The notes beneath the pieces are model-generated. The model saw only the letters and a program-made list of their open reading frames with translations, was not told where the DNA came from and did not search any database. DNA of 64,000 bases from Actinomycetota bacterium (GTDB lineage: Bacteria; Actinomycetota; Actinomycetes; S36-B12), in NCBI GenBank assembly GCA_030645615.1, contig JAUSNB010000035.1, forward strand, positions 96,987 through 160,986. The letters run 5' to 3'. Positions 62,995 through 64,000 of the stretch are shown piece after piece. Position numbers and translations under genes: made by a program. Position 1 is the first letter of the stretch. The number at the start of each line of letters is the position of its first letter.

Positions 62995-63249
62995 ATGAGC
63001 CGTGACCCGTTGAGCAAGGCCGGCGATGCCGGCCTGCATCCGTCCGCCGAGCGAACCGAGCCCTCCTACCTCCGGCGCGCGGCGACGACAGCCGACTCCG
63101 TCGGCGCGCCCGACAAGGACAAGCTGGTGGACCTCGGCGTGCGTGTGCCGAAGTCGCTGCGCAAGTCCGTGCGCGCGGAGGCCGAACGCCGCGGGATGAG
63201 GGTCGACGACGTGGTCGCCGAGGCCCTGCGCGAGCGCACGCCCCGCTAG
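62995..63249 (+). CDS. Small ribbon-helix-helix-like protein
   Basis: LVDLGVRVPKSLRKSVRAEA...MRVDDVVAEAL. Confidence 0.65.
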   Translation: MSRDPLSKAGDAGLHPSAERTEPSYLRRAATTADSVGAPDKDKLVDLGVRVPKSLRKSVRAEAERRGMRVDDVVAEALRERTPR

Positions 63250-63254
63250 CCCAG

Positions 63255-64000
63255 TCAGGGCACCGGATGTCGCGCGTCGTATCGCAGGAATGACGGACTC
63301 TTGGCGACGAGCCCCACGGACAGGGCGATGCAGGCCAAGCCCCCGGAGATCACCGAGACGGCCTCACCGAACGCCGCCGCCACCACCCCGGCCTCGACGT
63401 CTCCCAGCCGAGGGCCACCCGCGACCACGACCGTGAACACGCCCTGCAGGCGGCCCCGGTACTCGTCCGGCGTCGCGGACTGCAGGATCGTGCTGCGGAA
63501 CACCGCGGAGACGTTGTCAGCCGCGCCCGCGATCGCCAGGAAGAGCAGGGCGAGCGGCAGCCATCGCACGAGTCCGAAGCACGTGATCGCGGCCCCCCAG
63601 ACGAGGATGGCGCCGACGATCGCGCGGCCCTGCCAACGCACCCGACCGAGCGGCCCGCTCAGCACGCCTGACACGAGGGCGCCCATGGCGGGCGCGGCCG
63701 ACAGCAGGCCGAGGACCAGCGCCACATCGCGCGTGCTCCCGCCGTACCACGTGACCGCGATCGCCGGGAAGAGCGCGCGCGGCATCCCGAAGACCATGGC
63801 CACCATGTCCTGGTAGAAGGTCATCTGGAGATTGAGCTTGCCCTTGAGGAAGGCAAACGCCTCCTTGACCGCGGACCAGCCCGCGCGCGGGGCCTCCTTC
63901 CCGGGCTCGACGATGGGCGGCAGGCTCGGTAGCCGGAACATGGCCCAGGTCACCGCCGCGAACGCGACCACGTCGACGGCGTAGGGAAGCGACACCGTTC
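63255..64000 (-). CDS. MFS transporter (EntS-like), C-terminal part
   Basis: MVFGMPRALFPA, RSTILQ..TPDEYRGRLQG...GGPRLGD. Confidence 0.88.
   Translation of the reverse strand, partial: TVSLPYAVDVVAFAAVTWAMFRLPSLPPIVEPGKEAPRAGWSAVKEAFAFLKGKLNLQMTFYQDMVAMVFGMPRALFPAIAVTWYGGSTRDVALVLGLLSAAPAMGALVSGVLSGPLGRVRWQGRAIVGAILVWGAAITCFGLVRWLPLALLFLAIAGAADNVSAVFRSTILQSATPDEYRGRLQGVFTVVVAGGPRLGDVEAGVVAAAFGEAVSVISGGLACIALSVGLVAKSPSFLRYDARHPVP

Overview
High-GC actinobacterial chromosomal window. A ~40 kb temperate siphovirus-type prophage (9254-49371) is integrated in the 3' half of a tRNA-Arg(CCT) gene and bounded by a perfect 44-bp direct repeat. It carries an integration/immunity module (Int, ImmA-like peptidase, CI, Cro, Xis), an early region (Orn, Rpf/SLT-like, Lsr2-like, C5 methyltransferase, apparently split RepA), packaging/head/tail/lysis genes and a ~6.5 kb accessory block between lysin and attL (DnaQ-BRCT operon, DUF6932-like nucleotidyltransferase pair, PAS-HD-GYP phosphodiesterase). 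Host flanks are ordinary (fluc x2, fmdB, mscL, ars cluster, decarboxylase, glycerate kinase, Na+/H+ antiporter, tmsA/tmsB-like, ideR, photolyase, ParA, MFS). The most notable signals are: (i) the NTase two-gene cassette, a candidate defence/TA system; (ii) prophage-encoded HD-GYP plus Orn; (iii) an unannotated 55-aa ORF resembling the tape-measure C-terminal motif; (iv) complementary RNA elements at the tail-tube/chaperone and capsid translation starts; (v) PafBC/RecA-NDp-like promoters in front of accessory genes and the late operon. All family calls come from reading motifs by eye; no database searches were run.
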